This document shows positions 28,497-37,226 of a DNA stretch of 39,683 nucleotides, piece after piece. Position 1 is the stretch's first letter; each line of letters begins with the position of its first letter. The notes under the pieces are model-generated. The model was not told the origin of the DNA, did not search any database, and worked only from the letters and a program-made list of their open reading frames with translations. Where the stretch lies: the IMG/VR virus record IMGVR_UViG_2886169441_000004; one strand, 5' to 3'. The translations under genes were made by a program, and so were the position numbers. Origin of the DNA: a virus. Lineage: Duplodnaviria > Heunggongvirae > Uroviricota > Caudoviricetes.

Positions 28497-29339
28497 GTGA
28501 CACAGAATCCGTTTTCATTTTATGACTTTTTGGGCTATCTAATTCCAGGTGGGTTATTCCTGTTTATCCTTTTTTTGTTTTCTATTGAAATTAACCCTGT
28601 TTATATAGAAGGTATTCTTAACCATATCCTGAAATATAAAGAAATAATAAGTGTATTTATATATGTGGTATTAATCGTTCTATCATATATTTCAGGTCAC
28701 TTCATATCTATTCTATCATCCTGTTTAATTGAAAAATACATGAACAGTAAACTTGGGTATCCTTCAATTTATCTGTTTTCTAAAAGAAGCTCCCTGAAAA
28801 TAAAACGACATAATACTAAGTTCAGTATAGTTAATTTTATTCGTGGAGTTTTTTTATTTCCTGTATCAGCTTTTGATAAAGCAGAACATCATAAAACCAC
28901 ACTGCATTCTATACTTATTAAAGTCTTTTGGCCGCAAATACGAGATGGTTATATAAATGTTTTTTCTGTATCTACGCTATATCGACGTAAGGGCTTGAGG
29001 GGCGATCTTTTTCGCCTTGCTTATCATTATGTGTATGAACATTCTAAAAATCATCAGGTGAAAATGCAAAACTATGTTGCTTTGTATGGTTTTTGTAGAA
29101 ACATTACATTTGTTTTTCTCGCTTCAGTCTGGTTGCTTATGTTCCTGCTCCTTCTATCCTTTTTAATAGATATAAATATCAGACTGTTACCTTTTTGTTT
29201 TCTTCTCTTGTTTTGTATTGCTGCATCCCGAGTATTTTATTATGGTTTTGTTAAGTATTATCGCCGCTATTCTCTTGAGGTTTTAATGGCATTTGCGGTA
29301 CTTCAGCACGATAAAAAAACTTCGGCAATTTCATCATGA
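28497..29339 (+). CDS. cargo protein 2: 280 aa, polytopic membrane protein (about 4 TM helices around a roughly 110-aa soluble region), unknown function
   Basis: AT-rich ORF 39 bp after cargo protein 1; GTG start with GGGGGAAG upstream; two hydrophobic helices at each end. Confidence 0.68.
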   Translation: MTQNPFSFYDFLGYLIPGGLFLFILFLFSIEINPVYIEGILNHILKYKEIISVFIYVVLIVLSYISGHFISILSSCLIEKYMNSKLGYPSIYLFSKRSSLKIKRHNTKFSIVNFIRGVFLFPVSAFDKAEHHKTTLHSILIKVFWPQIRDGYINVFSVSTLYRRKGLRGDLFRLAYHYVYEHSKNHQVKMQNYVALYGFCRNITFVFLASVWLLMFLLLLSFLIDINIRLLPFCFLLLFCIAASRVFYYGFVKYYRRYSLEVLMAFAVLQHDKKTSAISS

Positions 29340-29350
29340 TTTGAAACATT

Positions 29351-29373
29351 GGCACCCTGTTAGCAAGGGTGCC
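29351..29373. terminator. hairpin GGCACCCT-GTTAGCA-AGGGTGCC between the convergent cargo operon and parR
   Basis: Perfect 8-bp stem read from sequence, placed between the two convergent 3' ends. Confidence 0.5.
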
Positions 29374-29422
29374 AGAATGATGTGTTGGTCTGTATTTTAT
29401 TAGTTCACATACAATTATCAGA

Positions 29423-29737
29423 TTATTCTGGGAATAAGGTCTGAATATTCTTTTTTATTTTATAAAAATTGCATTCAACTCCGCTAGGCTGATTATCCTG
29501 GTATGTTTCCTTGATGCTAACGGTATTGAAGGGGAGGTTGTCCTCTGGCCATTCGGCCATCCAGTAGGCAAATGCTGGGTTGCGCTTTATGAGCGCTAGC
29601 CCAGCCAGAAAGGCCGCGCGTTGCGCGCGGCTGCGTTCGGAGGCTGGCAGGCTATCGAGGTAATTGCACGCCTCCTGTTCACTCTTGACGGCGGCGGGCT
29701 TCAGATAGAAACTTATCCGTCTGGTTGGTGTCGTCAT
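29423..29737 (-). CDS. parR: ParR-like centromere-binding protein (ribbon-helix-helix)
   Basis: Start placed at the internal ATG; RRISFYLKPAAVKSEQEACNYLDSLPASERSRAQRAAFLAGLAL resembles the N-terminus of plasmid R1 ParR as I recall it; directly downstream of parM. Confidence 0.78.
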   Translation of the reverse strand: MTTPTRRISFYLKPAAVKSEQEACNYLDSLPASERSRAQRAAFLAGLALIKRNPAFAYWMAEWPEDNLPFNTVSIKETYQDNQPSGVECNFYKIKKNIQTLFPE

Positions 29738-29741
29738 TGGT

Positions 29742-30701
29742 TTACTCCTTGTCCATTGCGTACAGCCCATTAACCAGAGCAAACTGTGGCACCCCGTCCG
29801 CGATGAAAGTCGCATTAACTCCGCAGACTTCGCGGATAGCGGGTGCCACAATCTCCGCCCCTCCACCGACAACCATCACCCGCCCGTAACCCGAAAAAAC
29901 CGCCAGCGCGCGGATCACGCGTTGTTTCAGTGTTTCTTCCTTTTCACGAATAACCGCCATCAGGCTGGCGTAATGCGCGTCATTGTGGATGTGCTGGCGC
30001 AGCCAGGCTTCATCATGGCGATGTTCGATAATGGTATTGGCGATGTGGTGACTGGTGCGCATACCGTTAGTGGCCATCACCGACAGTACGGCATCGGCCA
30101 TCAGGGAAACGCCTACGTGTGGATCGCAAAACACCTGGCTGATACCTGCCAGTTGCCCTTGAACCTTTGCCACATCCAGCGTGGTTCCGCCTAAATCCAC
30201 AATCAGCAGGGATTCAAACGGACTCATGTCAGCCAGTGCTTTAAAGCCAGCCGGAATGGATTCAGGCATAACCCGCACGTTACGGATAGTGAATGCTTCG
30301 CCGTTCTGGTATTCCACCGGGCGCATAACGTTCGCTTTTTTGCGGTTGATGTTGGCCATGTCCGGCTGTGCGTTTGTGTCGAAATACTCGCTCAGTGGCA
30401 GGGTGACAACCACATCCACCTCCTGTGGCGTGATGCCTGATTTGACCAGCGCGTGATGAATGGCGATTACATTCACATCGCTGTACTGGTATTGCGTGTC
30501 GGTCGTCTGGACAAAGCGATCGCTAACCGGATCAAAACCATAGCGCACGCCATCAAGCATGTAGTTCGCGGGCTGCATGCCACCGAACGGCGCAGACCAT
30601 TCCGACTTGAAGCTGTTCGGGCTGATGGCGTTGCGGCGTTCGCCATTCTCAGTCCATGCCAGCTTGATGTTGGTGGAGCCGTCGTCGATACAAATTTTCA
30701 T
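29742..30701 (-). CDS. parM: ParM/StbA-like actin-type segregation ATPase
   Basis: 319 aa; N-terminal phosphate-1 motif MKICIDDGSTNIKLAW and later blocks (ISPNSFK, QYSDVNVIAIHHAL, IVDLGGTTLD) resemble R1 ParM. Confidence 0.88.
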   Translation of the reverse strand: MKICIDDGSTNIKLAWTENGERRNAISPNSFKSEWSAPFGGMQPANYMLDGVRYGFDPVSDRFVQTTDTQYQYSDVNVIAIHHALVKSGITPQEVDVVVTLPLSEYFDTNAQPDMANINRKKANVMRPVEYQNGEAFTIRNVRVMPESIPAGFKALADMSPFESLLIVDLGGTTLDVAKVQGQLAGISQVFCDPHVGVSLMADAVLSVMATNGMRTSHHIANTIIEHRHDEAWLRQHIHNDAHYASLMAVIREKEETLKQRVIRALAVFSGYGRVMVVGGGAEIVAPAIREVCGVNATFIADGVPQFALVNGLYAMDKE

Positions 30702-30726
30702 GTCGCTTTTCCTTATGTTGATTAAT

Positions 30727-30845
30727 TAATCGTTTACGGGATTCTGAAATCCCGTTTTTGCCTGTTTTGTGCGCGCTTCATATATCGCTGCGCGTTTTTT
30801 GCTCATTTACGGGATTCGTAAGTCCCGTTTCTGTCTGTTTTTTGT
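30727..30845. repeat. two about 42-bp direct repeats, each with a palindromic core ACGGGAnTCnnAAnTCCCGT followed by a T-rich tract, 74 bp apart
   Basis: Read from sequence, upstream of parM; the distal copy overlaps the last codons of gene A; possible parC-like centromere or operator, or a terminator pair. Confidence 0.5.
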
Positions 30846-33600
30846 TTCCACTGGTCAGGCCACCCCGCAGCAGGTCTGCTTTGCGGCTGGCGCGTTCAGT
30901 GGTTTCACTGATTCTCTGTGCGTGCTCTGCGTCGCGGATGGCGCGCAGCATGTCAGAAAGCACGGTAACGGGTGTTTTCATGGTGTTCTGGCCCTGCTGA
31001 AGTGTGGATGCCAGGCGTGCGGCGGCTTCAGGGTCTGATGCCCCCAGCTGTGCCAGATAGCTGGCGACCGGGTTATGGCGGATCTCCGTGCTGCTTACGC
31101 CATGATTACGGCTCAGGCGCTGCCAGAGCTGCGTGATTCGGCTGTCCGGGCGGGTATCCGGTTTGCGTACAATTTCAAATCCCTGCGGTGCAATGATGCT
31201 GCCGTCAACGTACAGACTGCCGCCCCGTAACAGGTGCTGCATCTGTTGTTCACCGATATGCAGGCCGAGAGATTCAGCAGACTCCCGCCATTCTTTAGCG
31301 AGTAATTCGTGGTTATCAGGCAAAGGCCGCTGCTGTTTGCGGCTCTGTGTCCAGCTCTGCATTTCATCGCTGCTGTTTTTTGCCTGTTTGTCACGAAGCG
31401 AACGCATCAGCGCCCGGCGTTCGTGTCGTTTCAGTGAGCGCATCCATTCGTTCACTTCAACGCCGTCAGGGAGCTGCGGCCACGGTGCTGGCCGTTCTTC
31501 CGGCTGTTCTGTCCCGTTGTTGTCCGTTTCCTGTACACGGGGACAGTTATTGCCACGAGTCCAAGGGGCGGCAGGGCCGCCCTGAAGGTCAAAACCATTT
31601 TCGCGGGCGCTGTCTTCCGCTTCCGGTTTACGTCTTACCAGCTTCCAGTTATCCGGATGCGTGCACACACGGGAGGATTCCCCGATGAGTGGTGACCAGA
31701 TCCCGTAAATCTGTACGCTCTGTTCGCCGTAATCGTTCAGCTCATCTGCGAGGTCGTAGGCGGTGCGAATCAGGTAGTCCTTGCGTGGAACAAGCACGCC
31801 ACCCTGTTTTTCAATGTAGGTGGCAAAACACCCGGCATCGGCGGCAGCGAGTACCGCATCCATTGCATCATCTTTCAGCCGTTGCGGGCCTTCCGGATTG
31901 CGTGCCATCTGGCTGGCAAGGCGGCGCAGTTCACGCCACACCTGACGGGAGGGGATGCCAAAGAACTGGAACTGACGGACCCGGTGAAGGCGCGCCCAGC
32001 CGATGGCGCGCTCCACGCTCTCGGCCATTGATTTTCCGGTTTCGTGGTCCACGCGTGGCTTGCCCGTTTTCGGGTCGATGCCATCCACGGCGCGGCTGTC
32101 CAGGTTCTTTCCGATGTAGGTGGCGATGTAGCTGGTTGGCGTGCCTTTTGAGCCGTCGACATACTCCACCTTAAAGCGCGGAGTAATATCATTGCCCAGC
32201 TCGTGGCGGTCTTCCTGAATGGCAATATCGCGGGTATGGGACACAATGGTGTCGATTTCTTCCGGATGTGCAAAGACCATCATATGCCAGTGCACGGTGC
32301 CGTCATGATGAGGCTCCACCGTGCGGATGCCATACCAGCGCAGGCCGTCGCGGTTCAGTTTTTTGCGGACCGCCGCAAAAAACGTGTTAACCAGGTAATC
32401 GCTGGAGTCGCGCATTGTGGCCCCGTTCCATTTGGGATTCGGATGACCGTTCTCCGTTGTGGCGTGGTATTTTGACGGGCAGGTGACAGTCAGAAACACC
32501 GCTTTGTCGCCACGGGCTTCGGCCAGAAGTTCCAGTCCCTTCATGGTGGCCATCATTTCTGCCTTACGGTGAACCGGGTTACTTACTCCCGCGTAATACA
32601 CTGTCTCGAGATCAATCGTGAACCCGTCTTCATTTTCCAGCATGAAACTTTTCAGGAAATCGCGTGTTTTCTCGCGCTGTGCGCGAAACTCGCTTAACGC
32701 GTCCTGGCTCAGATAGGGTGATGTTTTTCTGGAAACCAGACAGGCGGCGCGGAGTTGTTCTTCTCTCCACTCGCAACGTAACAGCCACAGTTTGCGTTTC
32801 CACCATTCCGCACAGGTCAGGCGAAGGATTGCGCCCGGCAGCAGCTCCGTGTCCGGTTCGTTCCTCCGGTCTTTGTCTGTTGTCAGTGCGTCATAATGTG
32901 GAGGCATGGCGTGCAGGTGTAACGCCATGCGGGCCAGCATCTGATACGCCTTCAGGGTTACATCCATGGTCAGCTCGCCATCGGTCGCGCCAAAGCCATC
33001 GCAGAGTTTTTCGAAGGTGCTGCTGAACATCGCCGCCGTCATGGTGGCCAGCGTCTGTATCTGGTGTTTGTTGAGCTGCGGCAGGTAAAGCAAATCGTCC
33101 AGGCGTTCGCGTCCGGCAAGGGAGCGATAACCCGGTGTCAGCCAGCGTCCGTCAGTGCTATCCAGACGTTCGAATATTTTGCGCAGGGTTCCGCGTGCAT
33201 AGCGTTCCGCCTGCCAGCTCTTTTTGCCTTTCCGGCGATCGGCTTCCTGTTTTTTGCGCAGGAAGGAGAGGTGGCGAATAAGCGGATCGCGCAGATAGGA
33301 CGGCAGCAGGCGCAGCGAGGCCATGGCTTCATCCACCGCGCCACGTGCCTGTTTTCTGGCGTCTCCTGCCAGTGTGATGGTTTTGTCCTGTTTTTCCTGT
33401 GCGTCCAGGCTTTTATTAATCAGGTTGCCCAGCGGCGTGGCTGAGAACGCCGCATCAGCCATTTCCTGGCGGCGCTCGTTCTCTGCCCGGTAGGCATCCA
33501 GCCAGGAGGAAAGCGCGGATTCAGGAGCGGGGATCCCCGTTCCTTCACGCCCCACTGCGTGGCGCGGTTGTTGCCAGTCCCTGAGGTACTCTGCCGTCAT
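30778..33600 (-). CDS. A: replication initiation endonuclease A (rolling-circle, HUH-type)
   Basis: 940 aa; the VEPHHDGTVHWHMMVF block matches the P2 gpA metal-binding motif; C-terminal region longer than P2 A. Confidence 0.92.
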   Translation of the reverse strand: MTAEYLRDWQQPRHAVGREGTGIPAPESALSSWLDAYRAENERRQEMADAAFSATPLGNLINKSLDAQEKQDKTITLAGDARKQARGAVDEAMASLRLLPSYLRDPLIRHLSFLRKKQEADRRKGKKSWQAERYARGTLRKIFERLDSTDGRWLTPGYRSLAGRERLDDLLYLPQLNKHQIQTLATMTAAMFSSTFEKLCDGFGATDGELTMDVTLKAYQMLARMALHLHAMPPHYDALTTDKDRRNEPDTELLPGAILRLTCAEWWKRKLWLLRCEWREEQLRAACLVSRKTSPYLSQDALSEFRAQREKTRDFLKSFMLENEDGFTIDLETVYYAGVSNPVHRKAEMMATMKGLELLAEARGDKAVFLTVTCPSKYHATTENGHPNPKWNGATMRDSSDYLVNTFFAAVRKKLNRDGLRWYGIRTVEPHHDGTVHWHMMVFAHPEEIDTIVSHTRDIAIQEDRHELGNDITPRFKVEYVDGSKGTPTSYIATYIGKNLDSRAVDGIDPKTGKPRVDHETGKSMAESVERAIGWARLHRVRQFQFFGIPSRQVWRELRRLASQMARNPEGPQRLKDDAMDAVLAAADAGCFATYIEKQGGVLVPRKDYLIRTAYDLADELNDYGEQSVQIYGIWSPLIGESSRVCTHPDNWKLVRRKPEAEDSARENGFDLQGGPAAPWTRGNNCPRVQETDNNGTEQPEERPAPWPQLPDGVEVNEWMRSLKRHERRALMRSLRDKQAKNSSDEMQSWTQSRKQQRPLPDNHELLAKEWRESAESLGLHIGEQQMQHLLRGGSLYVDGSIIAPQGFEIVRKPDTRPDSRITQLWQRLSRNHGVSSTEIRHNPVASYLAQLGASDPEAAARLASTLQQGQNTMKTPVTVLSDMLRAIRDAEHAQRISETTERASRKADLLRGGLTSGNKKQTETGLTNPVNEQKTRSDI

Positions 33601-33606
33601 AGTGAT

Positions 33607-33972
33607 TTACTTCGTCATGCCATTCAGGGTGTCGCGGCAGACTGTAGCCAGCCGCTGAATTTCCAGCACGGTGTCTTCTGTGTCGGCATGGCGATGTGTG
33701 ATGCGGATGCTGTCGGCAATCACATCGACGATTGCAGAGGATGGGCGCTGGTAAATGCCAATAACGGACGGGGTGCCACCTTCAATGCGGTAAAGCCTGT
33801 AATTTCCCTCGTGGCTGTCAATCATGTAGCGACCATCAATAACAATCTTTCCGTCAGCGAGCTGCGGTACAGGCAGGGATTTCAGGTACATGTCATAACG
33901 ATCACGCACGCGAGCGGCAAGATCACGTTCTGTATTGAGCAGGTATTCAAGAAAGTCGTTGGCGAGAATCAT
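33607..33972 (-). CDS. early-operon hypothetical protein, 121 aa
   Basis: ORF immediately upstream of A, same strand, compact spacing. Confidence 0.6.
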   Translation of the reverse strand: MILANDFLEYLLNTERDLAARVRDRYDMYLKSLPVPQLADGKIVIDGRYMIDSHEGNYRLYRIEGGTPSVIGIYQRPSSAIVDVIADSIRITHRHADTEDTVLEIQRLATVCRDTLNGMTK

Positions 33973-34044
33973 TGCGGCAATCCTCTTGTTACAGATGTGC
34001 GAAGGCCTCCCGCCGCAAGGTGCAGGAAAGGCCCGGAACAGGAA

Positions 34045-34275
34045 TTAATGGAGTTTGTTTTGCTGCTGGATGAGCTGTTGAAGCTCGTGCAGATCATCCG
34101 CCAGATAGCTGAAAACAGAGGCGGAATAAATGTTTGATAGTGCGTGGCTGCGCTCATGCAGCATATTGATGTGCATGATTTGCGCGACGCGTGATGCGCG
34201 GGAAAGTCTGCGGTTGATTTCAGTCTGGATGTGACGACGCTCCGCGATAGCGCGGTGCTGTTTGCGGTTTGCCAT
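34045..34275 (-). CDS. early-operon small basic protein, 76 aa
   Basis: ORF with a protein-like composition; preferred over the overlapping low-complexity 205-aa ORF 33969..34586. Confidence 0.5.
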   Translation of the reverse strand: MANRKQHRAIAERRHIQTEINRRLSRASRVAQIMHINMLHERSHALSNIYSASVFSYLADDLHELQQLIQQQNKLH

Positions 34276-34597
34276 GGTGTGGCCCCTTGTGTAGTAAGTT
34301 GTGAAAACTCACCATCCAGAGCTGCGAAACTGTGGGTGGCGAGACGTACGAGGTTCGCAGTACCGGCTACACAAGAACCCGGCCCGACCGAAGTCGGCCC
34401 CGTACGCCCCGCCATAATTCTGACGCGAAAAAAACGTGGCAATACAGTACGCACAAAAAAACCGCTGGCGCGGTTGTGCGCTTGTGTAGTCAGCAGGCTG
34501 CGAAACCCGGCACCCGTTTTATGAGGTGCAGCGGAAATGTAACCTGACTGATTGCGGCATGGCAAGCGGTTTTTTTGTGTGTGCATGCTCTGGTTTC

Positions 34598-34897
34598 TTA
34601 CTGGTTCAGAAAAAAATCAAAAACCTTGTCAATACGTTGCAGCAGCTCTTGCTGTATTGCTTCCGGCGTTTCCGGTTCGCCTGGCACCTCCAATGTCGCG
34701 CAGAAATCAGCGATTTCATGATGGAGCGTCAGGCGAATGGCAGGAGCCGTGGTTCTGGCGTGCTCCAGCTCATCCAGCAATGCCAGCGCAGCAGACGGCG
34801 AGAGCATTGCGCGAAATGCCAGTAATTTTTGAGGTGTTGCCATTCGTTGCAGGGCAAATGCCAGTTCGCGTAGCTTCTGGTGGTTGATGGTGCTCAT
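34598..34897 (-). CDS. early-operon hypothetical protein, 99 aa
   Basis: ORF whose stop overlaps the start of the next gene; same strand as the early operon. Confidence 0.55.
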   Translation of the reverse strand: MSTINHQKLRELAFALQRMATPQKLLAFRAMLSPSAALALLDELEHARTTAPAIRLTLHHEIADFCATLEVPGEPETPEAIQQELLQRIDKVFDFFLNQ

Positions 34898-35160
34898 GTT
34901 CTGGCTTCCTTCAGTAGCTGGTTAAACATGTGAGTAAGTGGATTGCTACACCCGAACGGCATCGGGTTTACGTGGTAAGAAGCCTGGCCTCCAGTTTTGC
35001 GAGCGCGACCACCTGTGCTGCGGTTTGTTCTGATGACTAAGCCGCCGCGCCAAAGTTGGCGTAACTCAGCATTAATGGCTGTGGTTGGAGTATTCAGTGC
35101 TGCGGCGATCTCTCCGCCGCTACACCCCGGATGAGTAGCGATGTAGTCCAGAATGGTCAT
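34894..35160 (-). CDS. early-operon putative winged-helix DNA-binding protein, 88 aa
   Basis: Helix-turn-helix-like segment GCSGGEIAAALNTPTTAINAELRQL; start overlaps the upstream gene stop. Confidence 0.55.
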   Translation of the reverse strand: MTILDYIATHPGCSGGEIAAALNTPTTAINAELRQLWRGGLVIRTNRSTGGRARKTGGQASYHVNPMPFGCSNPLTHMFNQLLKEART

Positions 35161-35360
35161 CTGCGTGGCTCCTGTACCTGTCGGATAAGGTTTACCCGCG
35201 CCACATTAGTGGCGCAGAAGTAAGTGCCGTCAGTGAGGTAGATGTGGTGTGCATCCTTTTCCGAACGATGTTTGTCGATAGTGGTAATCAGGCGTTCGTC
35301 GACCTCGTATTCGCGCCCTCTGGAGGTAAAGCGAACGACGGGAAAATGCTTAATTGCCAT
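35157..35360 (-). CDS. early-operon hypothetical protein, 67 aa
   Basis: Small ORF translationally coupled to its neighbours. Confidence 0.5.
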   Translation of the reverse strand: MAIKHFPVVRFTSRGREYEVDERLITTIDKHRSEKDAHHIYLTDGTYFCATNVARVNLIRQVQEPRR

Positions 35361-35383
35361 TGCGCCCCCTTTGTCCAGTAACT

Positions 35384-35794
35384 CTATGCGTTAAATACGG
35401 TGCACTGTGCGTCATCAATGAATGCGACTTGAGAGCGCTCTATCAGGCGGAGATTTGTCAGAATTTCTGATTCCCTTATGGGGTGAGGAGTGATCAGGTA
35501 TTTATCCTGTAACCCGGCGATAATGGTGTATCGCTGTAGCTCCGAGCCAATTGTGTAAATAAGGCGTCCGGTGTTAGACAAATCCAGTCCGGTGACTGGT
35601 TGTGTTCTGAGAACCGCCAGTTCAGCATCCTGTTTTGCGATAATTTCGGCTGCTTCTGCCGTGACTCTTGCGACTATCAGTGTGTGGGTTGCGACGTCCA
35701 TATGATTATTTGCTATGGCTTTTTTCGCTACTTCGTTTTCTGTCTTTGAAATTTCTTTCAGTGCTCTGATGATACCTTCTTCTTTTGCGTGCAT
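35384..35794 (-). CDS. early-operon hypothetical protein, 136 aa
   Basis: ORF with GGAG Shine-Dalgarno 8 nt upstream of the ATG. Confidence 0.55.
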   Translation of the reverse strand: MHAKEEGIIRALKEISKTENEVAKKAIANNHMDVATHTLIVARVTAEAAEIIAKQDAELAVLRTQPVTGLDLSNTGRLIYTIGSELQRYTIIAGLQDKYLITPHPIRESEILTNLRLIERSQVAFIDDAQCTVFNA

Positions 35795-35997
35795 TTTTGT
35801 ATCTCCGTTATTTGCGTGTGCGAATACCTCCGTTAATACGGATGGTTTTCACGTTTTCTTATTTAATTTGATGTTTTATTTGTATCGTTATTCACCAGTG
35901 AAAAAACGTTCAATCTTTTTTACTGAATGAATAATTCGCACAATGCCAATTGCGCAGACCACTGAAATAATCAGAACAATCCATGACATAAATATAC

Positions 35998-36240
35998 TCA
36001 TGCGATATTCCCCAGCTTATACGGTTCAATATGTTCCCCGCATTCTGCGGCACAGATCAGCTCGGAAAGTTCGTTAAGTGCATCCAGATCATCAGCGTAA
36101 AAAGCCACGTCATACAGACTCCGGATTGCCCTGGTCAATGAGTCACGGGCTGCACGTTCAGCATGAGCGCCTGATGCACTTAAGCGAAAATAAAAACGCT
36201 CAAGTGCTTTGTTAATGAGAGTTTTATATTCTTTGCCCAT
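35998..36240 (-). CDS. early-operon hypothetical protein, about 80 aa
   Basis: ORF 35998..36291; start placed at the internal ATG (MGKEYKTL) with AAGGG upstream. Confidence 0.5.
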   Translation of the reverse strand: MGKEYKTLINKALERFYFRLSASGAHAERAARDSLTRAIRSLYDVAFYADDLDALNELSELICAAECGEHIEPYKLGNIA

Positions 36241-36251
36241 CGCAACGCCCT

Positions 36252-36530
36252 TTAATCTGCTTTCTGAATTTCTGCTTCTGAATCCATACAAATAATTTCG
36301 ATATAGGGTTCATCGCCATTAGTCTTACGTGCTTTTTCCGCTTCGCTAATGATTTCGTGTACAGTCTGGTACGGAAGTTCTACGGTCAGGCGCGTGCCGT
36401 TCAGATAAACGTAAGTAGCTGCATTTTTTTCGGATGGAACAACTCCGTCAATGGCTGATGCGCGTAATAACAGTTCACCGCGAAAATCAATAAAACGGAT
36501 AAATACACCTTGTGCATGCTCTTTGGTCAT
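36252..36530 (-). CDS. early-operon hypothetical protein, about 92 aa
   Basis: ORF 36252..36590; start placed at the internal ATG (MTKEHAQG) with AGGTG upstream, which avoids a 50-nt overlap with the upstream gene. Confidence 0.5.
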   Translation of the reverse strand: MTKEHAQGVFIRFIDFRGELLLRASAIDGVVPSEKNAATYVYLNGTRLTVELPYQTVHEIISEAEKARKTNGDEPYIEIICMDSEAEIQKAD

Positions 36531-36540
36531 AAAGCACCTG

Positions 36541-36891
36541 TTATAAATCAGCCTGTTTAATAAAACTTTGCCCGTGAAGCAGACGATCAACCGTGCGAAG
36601 TGCTTCGTATAATGTGAAATCCTGCCCGAACTGATTGTCGCCGTTGCTCAGTGCAAAAATGCGGTTTCCGGTAAATGGGTTGCGCTGGCATCTGTGAACC
36701 ACGATTCCTGCTTTTTCAATCAGCCAAGTGTGTTCACCAATTTGTTTTACTGGGTAGCCATCCGGCGTTGCGTGTGTTTCGCTCAGGCTGTAGCGAGAGT
36801 TGCTACGTGATGCACTGGTAGCGAAACGGTTAGCATGGCGTTCCGCACCGTTGCGGAAGCGCTGCTGTGAAGAATTGCGCTGTAGTTTCAT
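36541..36891 (-). CDS. early-operon hypothetical protein, 116 aa
   Basis: ORF on the early-operon strand; no recognisable domain. Confidence 0.5.
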   Translation of the reverse strand: MKLQRNSSQQRFRNGAERHANRFATSASRSNSRYSLSETHATPDGYPVKQIGEHTWLIEKAGIVVHRCQRNPFTGNRIFALSNGDNQFGQDFTLYEALRTVDRLLHGQSFIKQADL

Positions 36892-37028
36892 ATTAAAACT
36901 CTGTACCTTCGGTAAGGTGTACTCGTGTCACCTTGTATTGATTTGTGGTATTTTTTTTGTGTGTCTAGGACTTGGACTGGCCGGTTCAGGTCCTGGCTTA
37001 TGTTTAATTAAATTGTTAAGAGGTTTTC

Positions 37029-37220
37029 ATGTCAGAAGATAAAAAAGTTGTTAATTTGTTGAGTGAACTTAGTGCTGCTCTGGATAACATTAACCCTCCC
37101 AGGGTAAAAACGACGGGTGATAAAGACGCATTAAACACAGAGATTCATATATTACTGGCGTTAGTAACTGACAAAATTCAGCGTAAATACCCACCTGTCA
37201 CACAACTGGTTGATTTTTAA
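37029..37220 (+). CDS. small hypothetical protein, 63 aa, on the opposite strand to the early operon
   Basis: ATG with AAGAGG at 6 nt spacing; convergent with the 37227..37649 gene; lower-GC region. Confidence 0.55.
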   Translation: MSEDKKVVNLLSELSAALDNINPPRVKTTGDKDALNTEIHILLALVTDKIQRKYPPVTQLVDF

Positions 37221-37226
37221 TTTGAT

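Noticed and set aside
31133-32475. Several plus-strand ORFs of 90-160 aa overlapping gene A
   Set aside because: All antisense to the replication endonuclease gene; Arg/Cys/Ser-rich compositions.
33969-34586. 205-aa minus-strand ORF
   Set aside because: Low-complexity Ser/Thr/Arg-rich translation that overlaps the more protein-like 76-aa ORF in another frame and extends across a repeat-rich non-coding gap.
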